Below, piece by piece: positions 20,239 through 30,524 of a DNA stretch of 64,000 nucleotides. The notes under the pieces were generated by a model. The model was not told the origin of the DNA and did no database searches. It worked only from the letters and a program-made list of their open reading frames with translations. Position 1 is the stretch's first letter; every line of letters starts with the position of its first letter. A program made the translations under genes and the position numbers. The stretch comes from an uncultured Verrucomicrobiae bacterium (GTDB taxonomy: Bacteria > Verrucomicrobiota > Verrucomicrobiia > Chthoniobacterales > UBA10450), in the NCBI GenBank assembly GCA_963756875.1, contig CAVWPA010000003.1:160001-224000 (forward strand), in the 5' to 3' direction.

Positions 20239-20835
20239 CTACAGTGTCGTCTCGCCAACGAGCGATTCCCGATGTTTGACCCCGCGCTGCGTTTCCTTTT
20301 GCAACCGTTTCAACCGGCTCGAAAGCGCCGCTTTCGCCGCCGAGCTCATCCGATCAATAAAAAGAATCCCATTGAGATGATCGATTTCATGCTGAACGGC
20401 GCGCCCCAGCAGACCGCTCGCCTCCACATCGATCGTGTTGCCCTGCAGATCCTGCGATCGCAAAGCGACCAACTCGGCCCGCTCGATCTCGCCGGTGATT
20501 TCCGGAAAGCTCAGGCAACCTTCCGTTCCCACCTCGGTTGTGCTGCCCAACTTGATCTCGGGATTAATCAGAATGAGAGGCATCGCACTCTTCGGATCGA
20601 TTTCCTGGCCGTTCAGTTTCATCGTGCTTGGCTGATTCTCCGCCTGCGACACGTCGATCACGGTCAATTGAAGCGCTTCGCCGATCTGCTGCGCTGCGAG
20701 TCCAACCCCATGCGCTGCATGCATCGTTTCAATCATGCTCTCAGCCAGTGCTCGAATGCGGTCGCCAATTTTGTCCACGCGTTTGCCTTTCGCGCGCAGA
20801 ATCGGATCGCCATATTGCCGGATTGATAATTTCAC
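20239..20835 (-). CDS. def: Peptide deformylase
   Basis: GVGLAAQQIG, EGCLSFP, QHEIDHLNGILF. Confidence 0.97.
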   Translation of the reverse strand: MKLSIRQYGDPILRAKGKRVDKIGDRIRALAESMIETMHAAHGVGLAAQQIGEALQLTVIDVSQAENQPSTMKLNGQEIDPKSAMPLILINPEIKLGSTTEVGTEGCLSFPEITGEIERAELVALRSQDLQGNTIDVEASGLLGRAVQHEIDHLNGILFIDRMSSAAKAALSSRLKRLQKETQRGVKHRESLVGETTL

Positions 20836-21239
20836 TTTTCCTCGCGCGTGAAGGCCGGCAGATTTTTAACGCCGGCCAGTTTCAACGCGTCCATCACTTT
20901 GATGATTATACCGAAGGAGGCCTTCTTGTCGGCCTGCAGGGCAATCGACGATCTTTTGGTCGGGGGAAGATTGCGCACAGCCTTTTCAAGGTCATTCACG
21001 TCGATTGGCTGAGAGTCGAGTTCGATGTTGTCACTTTTGTCCACCGTAACAATGGAATGTTCGACTTCCGACGGTTTCTTGGTCGCTGTTTTCGCTTCCG
21101 GAAGATTAATTTGTACTTCCGGCTGGTCGCGCTTGAACGTGGTCGAGACGACGAAAAAGATGAGCAATATCGTCAAGATATCGACCAGCGACACGATGAT
21201 AATCGAAGGAGCGCGCTTTTTTTTAACCGCGAATTTCAT
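20832..21239 (-). CDS. exbD: Biopolymer transporter ExbD/TolR
   Basis: SLVDILTILLIFFVV, INLP, LQADK. Confidence 0.9.
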   Translation of the reverse strand: MKFAVKKKRAPSIIIVSLVDILTILLIFFVVSTTFKRDQPEVQINLPEAKTATKKPSEVEHSIVTVDKSDNIELDSQPIDVNDLEKAVRNLPPTKRSSIALQADKKASFGIIIKVMDALKLAGVKNLPAFTREEK

Positions 21240-21261
21240 GGCCCGGAGTTGAAAACGTGCC

Positions 21262-21948
21262 TCAGGCGGCCGGCGCGCGCGCCGGCGTCACCTGCCTCGA
21301 AATCGGCACTTCGCCGGCAAAGCGGCCATAGTAGCATTTCGATAAAAGATCGGTAACGAGCGATTCCATTTCGACGGAGAGGACCTCGACTTTTTTGGAA
21401 AAGTAAACGAAAGCGATCAAACTCGGCACCGCAATTCCCAATCCGAACACGGTGCAATTCAACGCTTCCGAAATTCCGAGGGCAATCCGCTTCGCGTCGG
21501 CGGCTCCCGAACTCAACCCGAGGCTGGCAAACACGTGCACGAGACCGGAAACAGTGCCGATCAAGCCAATTAATGGAGCAATGCCGATAATGACTTCCAG
21601 AACGACCAGGCCGCGCTCCAAGCGCACCATCTCGTGACGCGCACGCGTTTGCACCACATCCACATTTTCCGAGCGGGGCCAGCGCAAATGCGCCAGCGCC
21701 ACGCGCACGATCCTGGACAGGGAGGATGGATCATGATGAACCATGCGGGCGAGCCGTTCGGGACTCGTACCCGGGGCCAGCCGTTCCATCTCGCTCTCGA
21801 TCGTTAAAGGCAGCACGTTTTTTTCCCGCAACGCGAGGGTGCGCAGAATGATTGTGGTGAGCGAGACAATCGAGCATGCAAGCAGCGGCCACATGAAGAC
21901 CCCGCCCTTCGCAAAGAATCCCGTGATGGTTTGAAAGACGTCCGTCAT
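21262..21948 (-). CDS. exbB: MotA/TolQ/ExbB proton channel
   Basis: GGVFMWPL, IAPLIGLIGTVSG, GISEALNCTVFGL. Confidence 0.9.
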   Translation of the reverse strand: MTDVFQTITGFFAKGGVFMWPLLACSIVSLTTIILRTLALREKNVLPLTIESEMERLAPGTSPERLARMVHHDPSSLSRIVRVALAHLRWPRSENVDVVQTRARHEMVRLERGLVVLEVIIGIAPLIGLIGTVSGLVHVFASLGLSSGAADAKRIALGISEALNCTVFGLGIAVPSLIAFVYFSKKVEVLSVEMESLVTDLLSKCYYGRFAGEVPISRQVTPARAPAA

Positions 21949-21959
21949 ATCAGCGGTTA

Positions 21960-22940
21960 TCAGTTGGCGAAGATGGTGAATGGAATATCCACTTCCAAGC
22001 CTTGGGAAGGCAAGGTGGCAGCGAGGTCCTCGGACATAGGGGGCAACTTTGCCTCCTGAACTGATTGGATACAAACGTTCGCAAACGCTTCATTCGAAGT
22101 ATTCCCGATGACCCTGAGATCCTTCACGTTCCCGCTGCGATCGACCCGAAAGACCAGTCGCGCGGTTCCGATGCTGATCAGGTCCCTGGACCGTTCGACG
22201 TGGGAGTACCACCGCGAGCCGATTGCATCAAAGAGCCATTTTTGATAACGGCCGAGCGGCGTCCCGATCGCATTCACCCTGGCGATCCCACGGGTCGTGA
22301 TCGAACCGGATAAACGGGTTTGTTCTTTCATTGCGCGGTAGGCCGATTTTGCTCGTTGCGGTGTGGCCGCAGCAGTGGGCTGAACCGTCGGTGTTGGCTT
22401 TGACGTTAACATCGCAAACTCGTCTTCTTTAGTAACGGGTGTGGGCTGCGGCGTCGGTGCGACAGAAGGCTCTGGCGTGGACTTCGGTGCAACGCTCGGT
22501 TGCGGCTGCGCGGCCTGGCTCGCCAACGAGTATTGATGATTTTCCAGATCCACCGAGGGCCGATCCTTACCCTGCTGCGAGGGCAACGGCATGCTTCCCG
22601 TCGCCGGAAGCTGGCTCGCGCCGATCGAATTGGCGTTCGATTCAAAGGTCCTGTCCTTCGGTGCTTGGGCGGATTGTTTCGATTCGTCCGTCTCCATGAA
22701 CATCGAATTCTTGGGAACGACCGACGCCGGCGTGGCCAGATCGACAAACGTCAGTTGCATCGGCTTGTCTTCGACGGAAATCGGAGACGAAAAAAGGCCG
22801 CTCGATATGGCGAGCGAGTAGGCGATCACCAGGTGAATGAGCAGCGCGGCCAGGAACGCCCAGAAAACCTTGCGGGCCTCTTGCTTCCTGTCCGCCGCAT
22901 CGTCCGCCGAATGACCGAGTATGAATTCCGACGTCGTCAT
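21960..22940 (-). CDS. TonB/TolA-like energy transducer
   Basis: N-terminal TM with AALLIHL, Pro-rich linker, TonB_C-like end. Upstream of exbB-exbD. Confidence 0.8.
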   Translation of the reverse strand: MTTSEFILGHSADDAADRKQEARKVFWAFLAALLIHLVIAYSLAISSGLFSSPISVEDKPMQLTFVDLATPASVVPKNSMFMETDESKQSAQAPKDRTFESNANSIGASQLPATGSMPLPSQQGKDRPSVDLENHQYSLASQAAQPQPSVAPKSTPEPSVAPTPQPTPVTKEDEFAMLTSKPTPTVQPTAAATPQRAKSAYRAMKEQTRLSGSITTRGIARVNAIGTPLGRYQKWLFDAIGSRWYSHVERSRDLISIGTARLVFRVDRSGNVKDLRVIGNTSNEAFANVCIQSVQEAKLPPMSEDLAATLPSQGLEVDIPFTIFAN

Positions 22941-23944
22941 GAACTCAGAGGGCCAACATTATCGCAGGCGCGAGGCGCTGACAAATTGCGCTCTGCCGGC
23001 CGGACACGCGCCGCCGGGACCACGTCCGAAGTCTTTGGGCGCCGGCCGGATTTCCGCGATGCTGTTCGTGCGTAGTGAAACAAGTATTGCTGCGCATAAC
23101 CCCCGTGCTCGCCGAAGTGTCTTTGTGTGAACACCTTCAGCCGCGCCGCGTTCAATCTTCGGGCGCGTGGAAAGTATTTTTCACGCAGGACGCGCTCGAT
23201 CCAGACGTCGATCGGGAAGGCGCGCAGGCGTTCATAGGCAAAAAGCATCACACAATCAGCAACCTTCGCGCCTGCGCCAGGGCACTCGCAAAGGCGCGCC
23301 CGCAGGTCGCCATCGGGAAGCCCGGCCAGTTCGTCGAGGTCGATCTCGCCTGAGCTGACAAGACGCGCGGTGGCGAGCAGATTCTTGGCACGATAACCTA
23401 GCGCGCATTCGCGCAGTTCCGCTTCGGAGGCCTGTCCGATCCGTTTCGCGGTTGGAAAAACGTAGAGATCTGCATCGCCCAATTTCTTGCGGATACCGAA
23501 TTTTCGCCGCAACGCATGCGAGATCTGTCGGATATGGGCAACCTGTTTCATCGAAGAGCAAATAAATGTGGCGAGACATTCCCAGCGCGGCTGCCGGATA
23601 ATTCGAACCCCGCGACAAAAGTCTCGCGCGGCGTTCATCACCGGATCGTCGGGAAACGAAGCGCAAATTTGAGCGAGCGGATGGTCCAGCGCGAAATAAT
23701 TCGCGATTGTGGCATGGGCATCCTGCCCATATCCACTGGCCTCCGGCTCGTAAGAACCTACGGCTCGGAGAGAAGCCGATGCCATTTTCGCCAGCAGTAA
23801 ATCGCCGCGCTGCTCCACGTAAACCGGCCGGTCACCGATCGTCCCCAAGAATCGATCGCCGGCTTTCTCCCAATGAAAGACCTGGCCGGAATCGAGCGTC
23901 TTGGCCAGATCGAAATCGGGTGCCGGGATTCTTGTGAATGTCAT
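22937..23944 (-). CDS. 8-oxoguanine DNA glycosylase (OGG/HhH-GPD family)
   Basis: FDLAKTLDSGQVF, WECLATFICS, LGYRAK, PGAGAKVADCVMLF, FPIDVW, GYAQQYLF. Confidence 0.93.
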   Translation of the reverse strand: MTFTRIPAPDFDLAKTLDSGQVFHWEKAGDRFLGTIGDRPVYVEQRGDLLLAKMASASLRAVGSYEPEASGYGQDAHATIANYFALDHPLAQICASFPDDPVMNAARDFCRGVRIIRQPRWECLATFICSSMKQVAHIRQISHALRRKFGIRKKLGDADLYVFPTAKRIGQASEAELRECALGYRAKNLLATARLVSSGEIDLDELAGLPDGDLRARLCECPGAGAKVADCVMLFAYERLRAFPIDVWIERVLREKYFPRARRLNAARLKVFTQRHFGEHGGYAQQYLFHYARTASRKSGRRPKTSDVVPAARVRPAERNLSAPRACDNVGPLSS

Positions 23945-23967
23945 TGGATCGCGAACCGCACACAATA

Positions 23968-24098
23968 AGCTCCAAATTCCAAGCTCCAACATCCAGAGAA
24001 ACCTCAAACTCCAATAGCCAAACGATGTGCGTTGGATTTTTTTGGACCTTGATGATTGAAGCTTCCCTGGAGCTTGAATGTTGGAATTTGGAATTTCC
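23968..24098. repeat. Inverted heptamer-type array (CTCCAAA / TTTGGAA)
   Basis: ctccaaattccaagctccaacatccagagaa ... cttccctggagcttgaatgttggaatttggaattt. Related copy at about 54762-54815. Confidence 0.75.
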
Positions 24099-24131
24099 TA
24101 TCGCTCCATCTGTGGCTAAGTAGGTGCCGGC

Positions 24132-25733
24132 ATGGACGCCAAACTGGCAATCGATAGCGGAGTTCTTCTTCTCTACTTCTTTGTCATCATCGGGATTGGC
24201 CTTTTCATGGGGCGAAAGGAGGAGAGTCTCGCCGACTTCGCCCTTGGCGCCCGTCAAATCCCGTGGTGGGCCGTGCTCGCCTCGATCATCGCCGCGGAAA
24301 CCAGCGCAGGAACATTCTTCGGCACGCCGGGCGAAGGTTTTGCTCTTCGCAATTACACGTACATCCAGCTTGCATTTGGCACGATCCTCGCGCGCATCCT
24401 GGTCAGCTACATTTTCATCAAGCCGTACTACGATTACAAAGTTTACTCGATATACGAATACCTCACCGCGCGTTTCGGCGTCGGAACCAAGAACGCAGCC
24501 TCTTCTGTTTTCATGATTACGCGGTTGCTCGCGTCGGGAGCGCGTTTGTACGTGGCAGCCATCGCGCTAGCCCTTGCCTATGAAATGATCCGCGGCGTGC
24601 GGCCCGGTCAAACGGAGACTCTTCTTATTTATATCGGTTCCACAGTGGCCATCGTCATTCTGACCGCGATTTACACAACGCTGGGCGGAATCAAGGCGGT
24701 CATCTGGACGGACCTGATCCAGGCTTCGATCATGATGGGCAGCGCTCTCATTGCGCTCGGCCTGCTTTATTCGGCCATTCCCGGCGGGTTCCATAAGATC
24801 GCCGCGCTGCATGGTGGATTTCATTTGTCGGACTTCATCACGACCGGACTCAACCCGGCGAAACATGGCTGGGACAAGATCAAAGGGATGTTTGCGATGG
24901 AATACACCATTTTCGCGGGACTGATCGGATCGACCTTCATCACCATGGCCACGCACGGCACCGACCAGGACATGGTGCAACGGATGCTGACCGCGCCGGA
25001 CATTCGCCGGAGCCGCCGTTCGCTCATCCTTTCCGGTCTCGCCGACATCCCGATCGCGCTCACCTTCCTCAGCATCGGGTTGTTGCTCTGGGTTTATTAC
25101 CAGGTTCACCCAGACCCGACATTGTCGAAAACACCTAACGAGACGTTCTGCCATTACATTCTTTACGAAATGCCGGTCGGGCTGCGCGGCCTCCTGATCG
25201 CGGGAATTTTCGCTACCACCATGGGATCGCTCAGCACGGCGCTCAACGCACTGGCCACAAGTTTCACCCGCGACTGGTACCAGATTTATATCAATCGCCA
25301 GCCAACCGAAAAACAAAGCCTGCGGGCCGTGCGTTGGGCCACGGTCTGGTTCGCGTTTCTCATGATCGTTGTTGCATCGGGCACCTCATATTTGGTCATC
25401 GTTCATCCGAATGTGCGCATTATTCCCATCGTGCTCGGCATTTTCGGCTACACCTACGGCTCGCTGCTGGGCGTGTTTCTCTGCGGCATGTTTACCAAAC
25501 GACGCGGGAGCAATCGCGGCAACGTCATCGCCATGGTCGCCGGTTTCATCGTGGTCGCGATCTTGAGCGGCCTGCCCAATAACATTGCCGGAATGTTCGA
25601 CGCCGTCGCTTACAAGCAGCCAGCCTGGCTTCCGCTCATGGAATTTCCGTGGTGGATCTGCTTCGGAACCATCGTCACTTTTTGTGTGGCGATTTTGTTT
25701 CCGACCGGCCGCGAGCATCACCCGCCAGCTTGA
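24132..25733 (+). CDS. Sodium:solute symporter (SSS) family protein
   Basis: SIIAAETSAGTF, GGIKAVIWTD, GTDQDMVQR, many TM helices. Confidence 0.93.
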   Translation: MDAKLAIDSGVLLLYFFVIIGIGLFMGRKEESLADFALGARQIPWWAVLASIIAAETSAGTFFGTPGEGFALRNYTYIQLAFGTILARILVSYIFIKPYYDYKVYSIYEYLTARFGVGTKNAASSVFMITRLLASGARLYVAAIALALAYEMIRGVRPGQTETLLIYIGSTVAIVILTAIYTTLGGIKAVIWTDLIQASIMMGSALIALGLLYSAIPGGFHKIAALHGGFHLSDFITTGLNPAKHGWDKIKGMFAMEYTIFAGLIGSTFITMATHGTDQDMVQRMLTAPDIRRSRRSLILSGLADIPIALTFLSIGLLLWVYYQVHPDPTLSKTPNETFCHYILYEMPVGLRGLLIAGIFATTMGSLSTALNALATSFTRDWYQIYINRQPTEKQSLRAVRWATVWFAFLMIVVASGTSYLVIVHPNVRIIPIVLGIFGYTYGSLLGVFLCGMFTKRRGSNRGNVIAMVAGFIVVAILSGLPNNIAGMFDAVAYKQPAWLPLMEFPWWICFGTIVTFCVAILFPTGREHHPPA

Positions 25734-27495
25734 TTCCTAGTTCGCGCAATTGGCGGGGATCGACGTCGGCCGGTGATTGCGTCATCAAATCCATGCCGCG
25801 GTTATTTTTCGGGAACGCCATCACCTCGCGGATCGATTGCTCGCCGCAAATGAGCATCACCAGGCGATCGAGACCGAGTGCAATGCCGCCATGTGGCGGC
25901 GCGCCGAGCCGAAGCGCGCGCAATAAATGGCCGAATAACGATTCTTGGGCCTGCGGGCCGACGCCGAGCACTTCGAACATTTTCGCCTGCAACTGTGGCT
26001 CGTGAATTCGAATACTGCCGCCGCCGATCTCCACGCCGTTCAACACGACGTCGTATGCCTCCGCGCGAACTTCGGAAAGCTTTTTCGCCTCGAGCAACGG
26101 AATGTCTTCCCCTTTCGGTCGCGTAAACGGATGGTGCATCGCGTTCCATTTGTTTTCCTCCGCGCTCCATTGCAGCAGCGGAAAATCGGTTACCCAAAGA
26201 AAATCCCAGTCCGAGCCGGACGGGCGGTTAGCAGAAGTGCCAAGCAAATCCTGGATTTCGGCGATGCGCAGGCGAATTCGACCGAGGACTTCGCACGCGA
26301 TCTCCCACTTGTCGGCCCCGAAGAAAACGCAATCGCCCTCCTCGATTTTCAGTTTCGATTGTAGCGCGGTTTTCTCGGCGTCGGAGAAAAATTTCACGAT
26401 CGGCGATTTCCATTCGCCGCCCTCGATCTTTATGAATGCAAGTCCCTTGGCGCCAAAGGTCTTCGCGATTTCAGTCAGCTCGTCGGCCTGTCCAATGGTG
26501 ATACCCGCAAAGCCTTTCGCATTGATCGCCTTCACCACGCCGCCGGCGTCGATCGCGCCGCGGAAAACCTTGAAGCTGCTGGATCGAAAATCGTCGCTCA
26601 GGTCGGCCAGTTCGATTCCGAATCGGCGGTCCGGCTTATCGCTGCCGAATCGGCCGACCGCTTCGCGATACGTTAGCCGGTCGAACGGCGTTTTGACATC
26701 GATGTTCAGCGCAGCCTTGAAAATCGCCGCCAACATCCCTTCGGTAAGCGCAAAGATGTCGTCCGGAGTTACGAATGAGGCTTCGATATCGATCTGGCTG
26801 AATTCCGGCTGCCGATCGGCGCGCAGATCCTCGTCGCGGAAACACTTCGCGATCTGAAAGTATTTTTCGACGCCACCGACCATCAGCAACTGTTTGTATT
26901 GCTGTGGCGCCTGTGGCAGGGCGTAAAATTTTCCGGGAGCCAACCGGCTCGGCACCAGAAAATCGCGGGCGCCTTCCGGCGTGCTCTTCGAGAGGATCGG
27001 CGTCTCGATTTCCACGTAGCCCTGGTCGTCGAGATAATCGCGCGCTGCTTTCGCGACCCGATGCCGCGAGCGGAGATTTTGCGCCAGCCGGGGCCGGCGC
27101 AAATCGAAATAGCGATAGGTCAACCGCAGATCTTCGTTGTGAATCTCCGCGTCGATCGGAAACGGCAGATCATCGGCCCGATTTAGAATGCGCAGCTCCT
27201 TTGGAATGACTTCGACATCGCCGGTGGCAAGCTTCGGGTTCTCCGTTCCCGGCAACCGCGCGGCGACGCGTCCCGTAACCTGAATGACATCTTCGCTTCG
27301 GAGCGTGTGCGCTTGTTTGGCGACCTTAGCGTCTTCTTCCGGACGAAAAACGACCTGCGTAAGGCCTTCACGGTCGCGCAGATCGATAAAGATGACGCCG
27401 CCGTGGTCGCGCGAGACGTGCACCCAGCCGGCAAGCGTCACCTGCTTGCCGATGTCGCCTTTACGAAGTGAATTGCAATTATGCGTGCGATACAT
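25675..27495 (-). CDS. aspS: Aspartate--tRNA ligase, probably non-discriminating (Asp/Asn)
   Basis: MYRTHNC, RDHGG, STPEGARDF, FRDEDLRADRQPEF, GAPPHGG. His in RDHGG and Gly in LPGTEN are the known ND-type positions. Confidence 0.97.
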   Translation of the reverse strand: MYRTHNCNSLRKGDIGKQVTLAGWVHVSRDHGGVIFIDLRDREGLTQVVFRPEEDAKVAKQAHTLRSEDVIQVTGRVAARLPGTENPKLATGDVEVIPKELRILNRADDLPFPIDAEIHNEDLRLTYRYFDLRRPRLAQNLRSRHRVAKAARDYLDDQGYVEIETPILSKSTPEGARDFLVPSRLAPGKFYALPQAPQQYKQLLMVGGVEKYFQIAKCFRDEDLRADRQPEFSQIDIEASFVTPDDIFALTEGMLAAIFKAALNIDVKTPFDRLTYREAVGRFGSDKPDRRFGIELADLSDDFRSSSFKVFRGAIDAGGVVKAINAKGFAGITIGQADELTEIAKTFGAKGLAFIKIEGGEWKSPIVKFFSDAEKTALQSKLKIEEGDCVFFGADKWEIACEVLGRIRLRIAEIQDLLGTSANRPSGSDWDFLWVTDFPLLQWSAEENKWNAMHHPFTRPKGEDIPLLEAKKLSEVRAEAYDVVLNGVEIGGGSIRIHEPQLQAKMFEVLGVGPQAQESLFGHLLRALRLGAPPHGGIALGLDRLVMLICGEQSIREVMAFPKNNRGMDLMTQSPADVDPRQLRELGIKLAGDARGRSETKSPHKK

Positions 27496-27514
27496 GACCG
27501 GCCCAAAAGTAGCG

Positions 27515-27700
27515 TGTCATTCTGAGCGAAGCGAAGAATCTCGCAAGCGATTAGGTAGAGACGGATCTGGGGAGCACAGGCTACCAGTCCGCCACCGGAC
27601 GGACTCGCCGTGGTGAGCCTGTTCTTTTCGGCAGCTTGCCGAAAAAGATGTCGTCGGCAAGCTGCCGACGACTGCAGGCAGGCTGCCTGCGCTCCCCAGA
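27515..27700. repeat. Cluster of palindromic repeats (family B plus TCTGGGGAGC...GCTCCCCAGA element with a nested insert)
   Basis: TGTCATTCTGAGCGAAGCGAAGAATCTC at 27515. Inverted termini at 27566 and 27700. Internal TCGGCAGCTTGCCGA and TCGGCAAGCTGCCGA hairpins. Confidence 0.8.
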
Positions 27701-27712
27701 AACGATGCAATC

Positions 27713-28954
27713 CTACCGCAGCGCCGATTCAACGCTGCGGACCAGATCATCTTTGCTCACCAATTTCTGCTCGCCGGAGCGAAGATCTTTGACTGCGACC
27801 TGCGGCCATTCGTCGCCATAAAGAAGCGCAAGCGATGCGCCCAAATCTTCGGCACTTTGAAATTGTTTGCCTACTTTTGCAGGCGCGAACGGATAATCGA
27901 CGCGCAAACCCCGGTCGCGCAGTTGTTGAATCGACGCCAGCGCATCGGCGCGGCGTTCTTCCTTCGCGATCACGATGTAGACGTCGATCTTGCGCCCGGC
28001 CGCGACCGCTTTTTGCATTGCTTGATGGGCAGGCGCCGTCTCCTTGATCAACTCGCCGAGAACGACGTCGCCCATGGCAAACCCGAGAGCCGGCATCGAA
28101 ACCGCCGCATCGCTCAACTGCGCGACCAGGTTGTCGTAACGTCCGCCGCCGGCGAGAGCCCGCAGCTTGCCGGCGCGATCGAACACTTCGAAGACCATGC
28201 CCGTGTAATAAGCGAGGCCACGCACGATCCGCACATCGACATCGACGAATTGAGCCAGCCCGCGCGTCCGCAAGCCGTCGACCAGCCGATCGAGCTTTTC
28301 GTTGCTGCCGCCGGCGCTAAAAATCTCAAACACCGAGTCAGCGAGTTTTCCGAGCTTCGCCGCTGTCTTGTCGCGCGTTTCACGCTCCGATTTATCGATT
28401 ACGTGCAGCAATTCTTCCCAGCGCTCAGGGGGAACGCTCTTCGCGCGCAGAAAATCGGTCCAAAACGCGCGATCGCTCACCCGCACAACAAAATCCTTCT
28501 CCGTCAGTCCGAATGCACGCAGGACGTCAATGCAAAGCGCGACCAGATCGATATCGGCATTCGGCGAGTCTTCGCCGATGATGTCGCAGTTTAGCTGAAA
28601 ATGTTCGCGCAGCCGGCCGCGCTGTTGTTTTTCATAGCGGAAGAATTGACCGATCGAGAACCACTTGAGCGGTTTCTTAAATTCTCGTTCGTGGGCGGCG
28701 ACCACCCGGGCCAGCGTTGGGGTTAGTTCTGGCCGCAGCGCGACTTCGCGCTCGCCTTTGTCGGCGAAATTGAAAAGTTGATCGACAATTTCGGCACCGC
28801 TTTTCTTTCGGTAAAGATCGGTCGGCTCGAGGACCGGGCCCTCCCATTCGACGAAGCCGTAGCGTCGCGCCACCTCGCGCCACCTCCCAAAAATGTAGTT
28901 CCGCGCCGCACAATCGCTCGGCAAAAAATCGCGAAAACCAGGCAGAGCCTGCAT
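27713..28954 (-). CDS. hisS: Histidine--tRNA ligase
   Basis: LPGFRDF, LRPELTP, FRYEKQQRGRLREH, VRGLAYYTG, GGGRYD. Confidence 0.97.
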   Translation of the reverse strand: MQALPGFRDFLPSDCAARNYIFGRWREVARRYGFVEWEGPVLEPTDLYRKKSGAEIVDQLFNFADKGEREVALRPELTPTLARVVAAHEREFKKPLKWFSIGQFFRYEKQQRGRLREHFQLNCDIIGEDSPNADIDLVALCIDVLRAFGLTEKDFVVRVSDRAFWTDFLRAKSVPPERWEELLHVIDKSERETRDKTAAKLGKLADSVFEIFSAGGSNEKLDRLVDGLRTRGLAQFVDVDVRIVRGLAYYTGMVFEVFDRAGKLRALAGGGRYDNLVAQLSDAAVSMPALGFAMGDVVLGELIKETAPAHQAMQKAVAAGRKIDVYIVIAKEERRADALASIQQLRDRGLRVDYPFAPAKVGKQFQSAEDLGASLALLYGDEWPQVAVKDLRSGEQKLVSKDDLVRSVESALR

Positions 28955-29105
28955 TAAATTCCTCCCTTCGGCAGGCCCCAGTTGGCGATACAACCGTTCA
29001 CCGCGCGATTTGCGAAATCTATTTGGAATCGAACAAAATTCGGTCCAGGGAGGTCAAATATCTTCATAACGAGCAACATCCGCTAAGCAAAGCAGAGAGG
29101 GAATT

Positions 29106-29486
29106 ATGAAACAAACCAGATTAGTTAAAATATTGGCCGCGGTTTTTGCGATGACGCTGGGCACGGCAGTCGCGCAACAGACCAGGACCTTCGATTCGAG
29201 TACAGTCAGCGACACAGGGACAATCACAGCTTACGCGCCTGGTTCGGATTACATCGCCTTCCTGTCCGACATGGATACGGCGCCGGAGCGGTATTACCTC
29301 ACGAAGAACACGACCATTCTTGATCCGGGAGGTCGCGTTGTCACCTGGTCGGCGATTCGGCCCGATATGCCGGCGATCGTCTATCATGAAAAGCAAGGCG
29401 ATCGCGTGATCGTGCGCAAAATCCTGCTGCGCAGACCGGGAACAGCCTACGAGAGGACAACGACGACTACGACAAAGCAGCCTTAG
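29106..29486 (+). CDS. Hypothetical exported protein
   Basis: GAGG RBS, signal peptide ending AVA, Thr-rich tail. Confidence 0.78.
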   Translation: MKQTRLVKILAAVFAMTLGTAVAQQTRTFDSSTVSDTGTITAYAPGSDYIAFLSDMDTAPERYYLTKNTTILDPGGRVVTWSAIRPDMPAIVYHEKQGDRVIVRKILLRRPGTAYERTTTTTTKQP

Positions 29487-29520
29487 GGCTGAACGAGTCA
29501 GACCTGTTGGTCTTAAAGAA

Positions 29521-30493
29521 TCAATCGCCGTAGCCGTGCGGAAATTTTTGGTGCCATTTCCATGCGCTCTGGATAATACCATCCAGCGACTGGAACTGCG
29601 GCTGCCAGCCGAGTTCGCGTTTGATTTTATCCGAGGCCGCAACCAAACGCGCCGGATCGCCGGGCCGGCGCGGTTTTTCCACAACTTCGATCTTGCGGCC
29701 GGTGATTTTGCGACAGGCCTCGATCACCTCGCGCACACTCGCACCCCCGCCGGTGCCAAGATTGTAGAACTCACTCCTGGATGAGTCCAGCCCGAGGATA
29801 TGCGCGCGGGCAAGGTCGACAATATGAATGTAGTCGCGGATGCATGTGCCATCCGGCGTCTCGTAATCGGTGCCAAAGATTTCCACATGCGGCTTTTGTC
29901 CAAGCGCGACCTTCATCACGTTTGGGATGAGATGCGTTTCGATTCGATGGTCTTCTCCAAACTTTTTCGACGCCCCGGCGGCGTTGAAATAGCGCAGCGA
30001 AACGAAGGTTAGCCCGTGAATTTGATCGTACCACCGCAATATTTTTTCAAAAGCGAGCTTGGATTCACCGTAAGGATTGATCGGCCGTTGCGGCAGCGTC
30101 TCATCGATCGGTAAACGCTCAGGTGGTCCGAAAGTGGCGCAGGTCGATGAGAAAATGAGGCGGCGCACTCCGGTCGTCACCATGGCATCGAGCAGGTTCA
30201 ATCCATTGCTGATGTTGTTGCGGAAATATTTCGACGGATTCTGCATCGACTCGCCAACCAGCGCGCTGGCTGCGAAATGCATCACCGCATCGGGACGGGC
30301 GTCCGGAACATGTCTTCCCTATTTTTTCCCGGTCCGCCAGGTCGCCTTCGATGAATTGCGCGCGCGGGTCGATCGCGCCGCGATGGCCTTCAGTCAGATT
30401 ATCGAAGACCGCAACCTGATGCCCTTCATCGAGCAGCAGTTCGGCACAAACGCTCCCGATATAGCCGGCCCCGCCGACAACAAGAATTTTCAT
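29521..30493 (-). pseudogene. galE: UDP-glucose 4-epimerase, frameshifted near 30300-30325 (real lesion or sequencing indel)
   Basis: [14 protein letters not shown] is in one frame. [30 protein letters not shown] and DGTCIRDYIH are in another. Confidence 0.9.
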
Positions 30494-30524
30494 CAGCGGG
30501 AACGTGGCCGCGCCGCGCCGTTAA

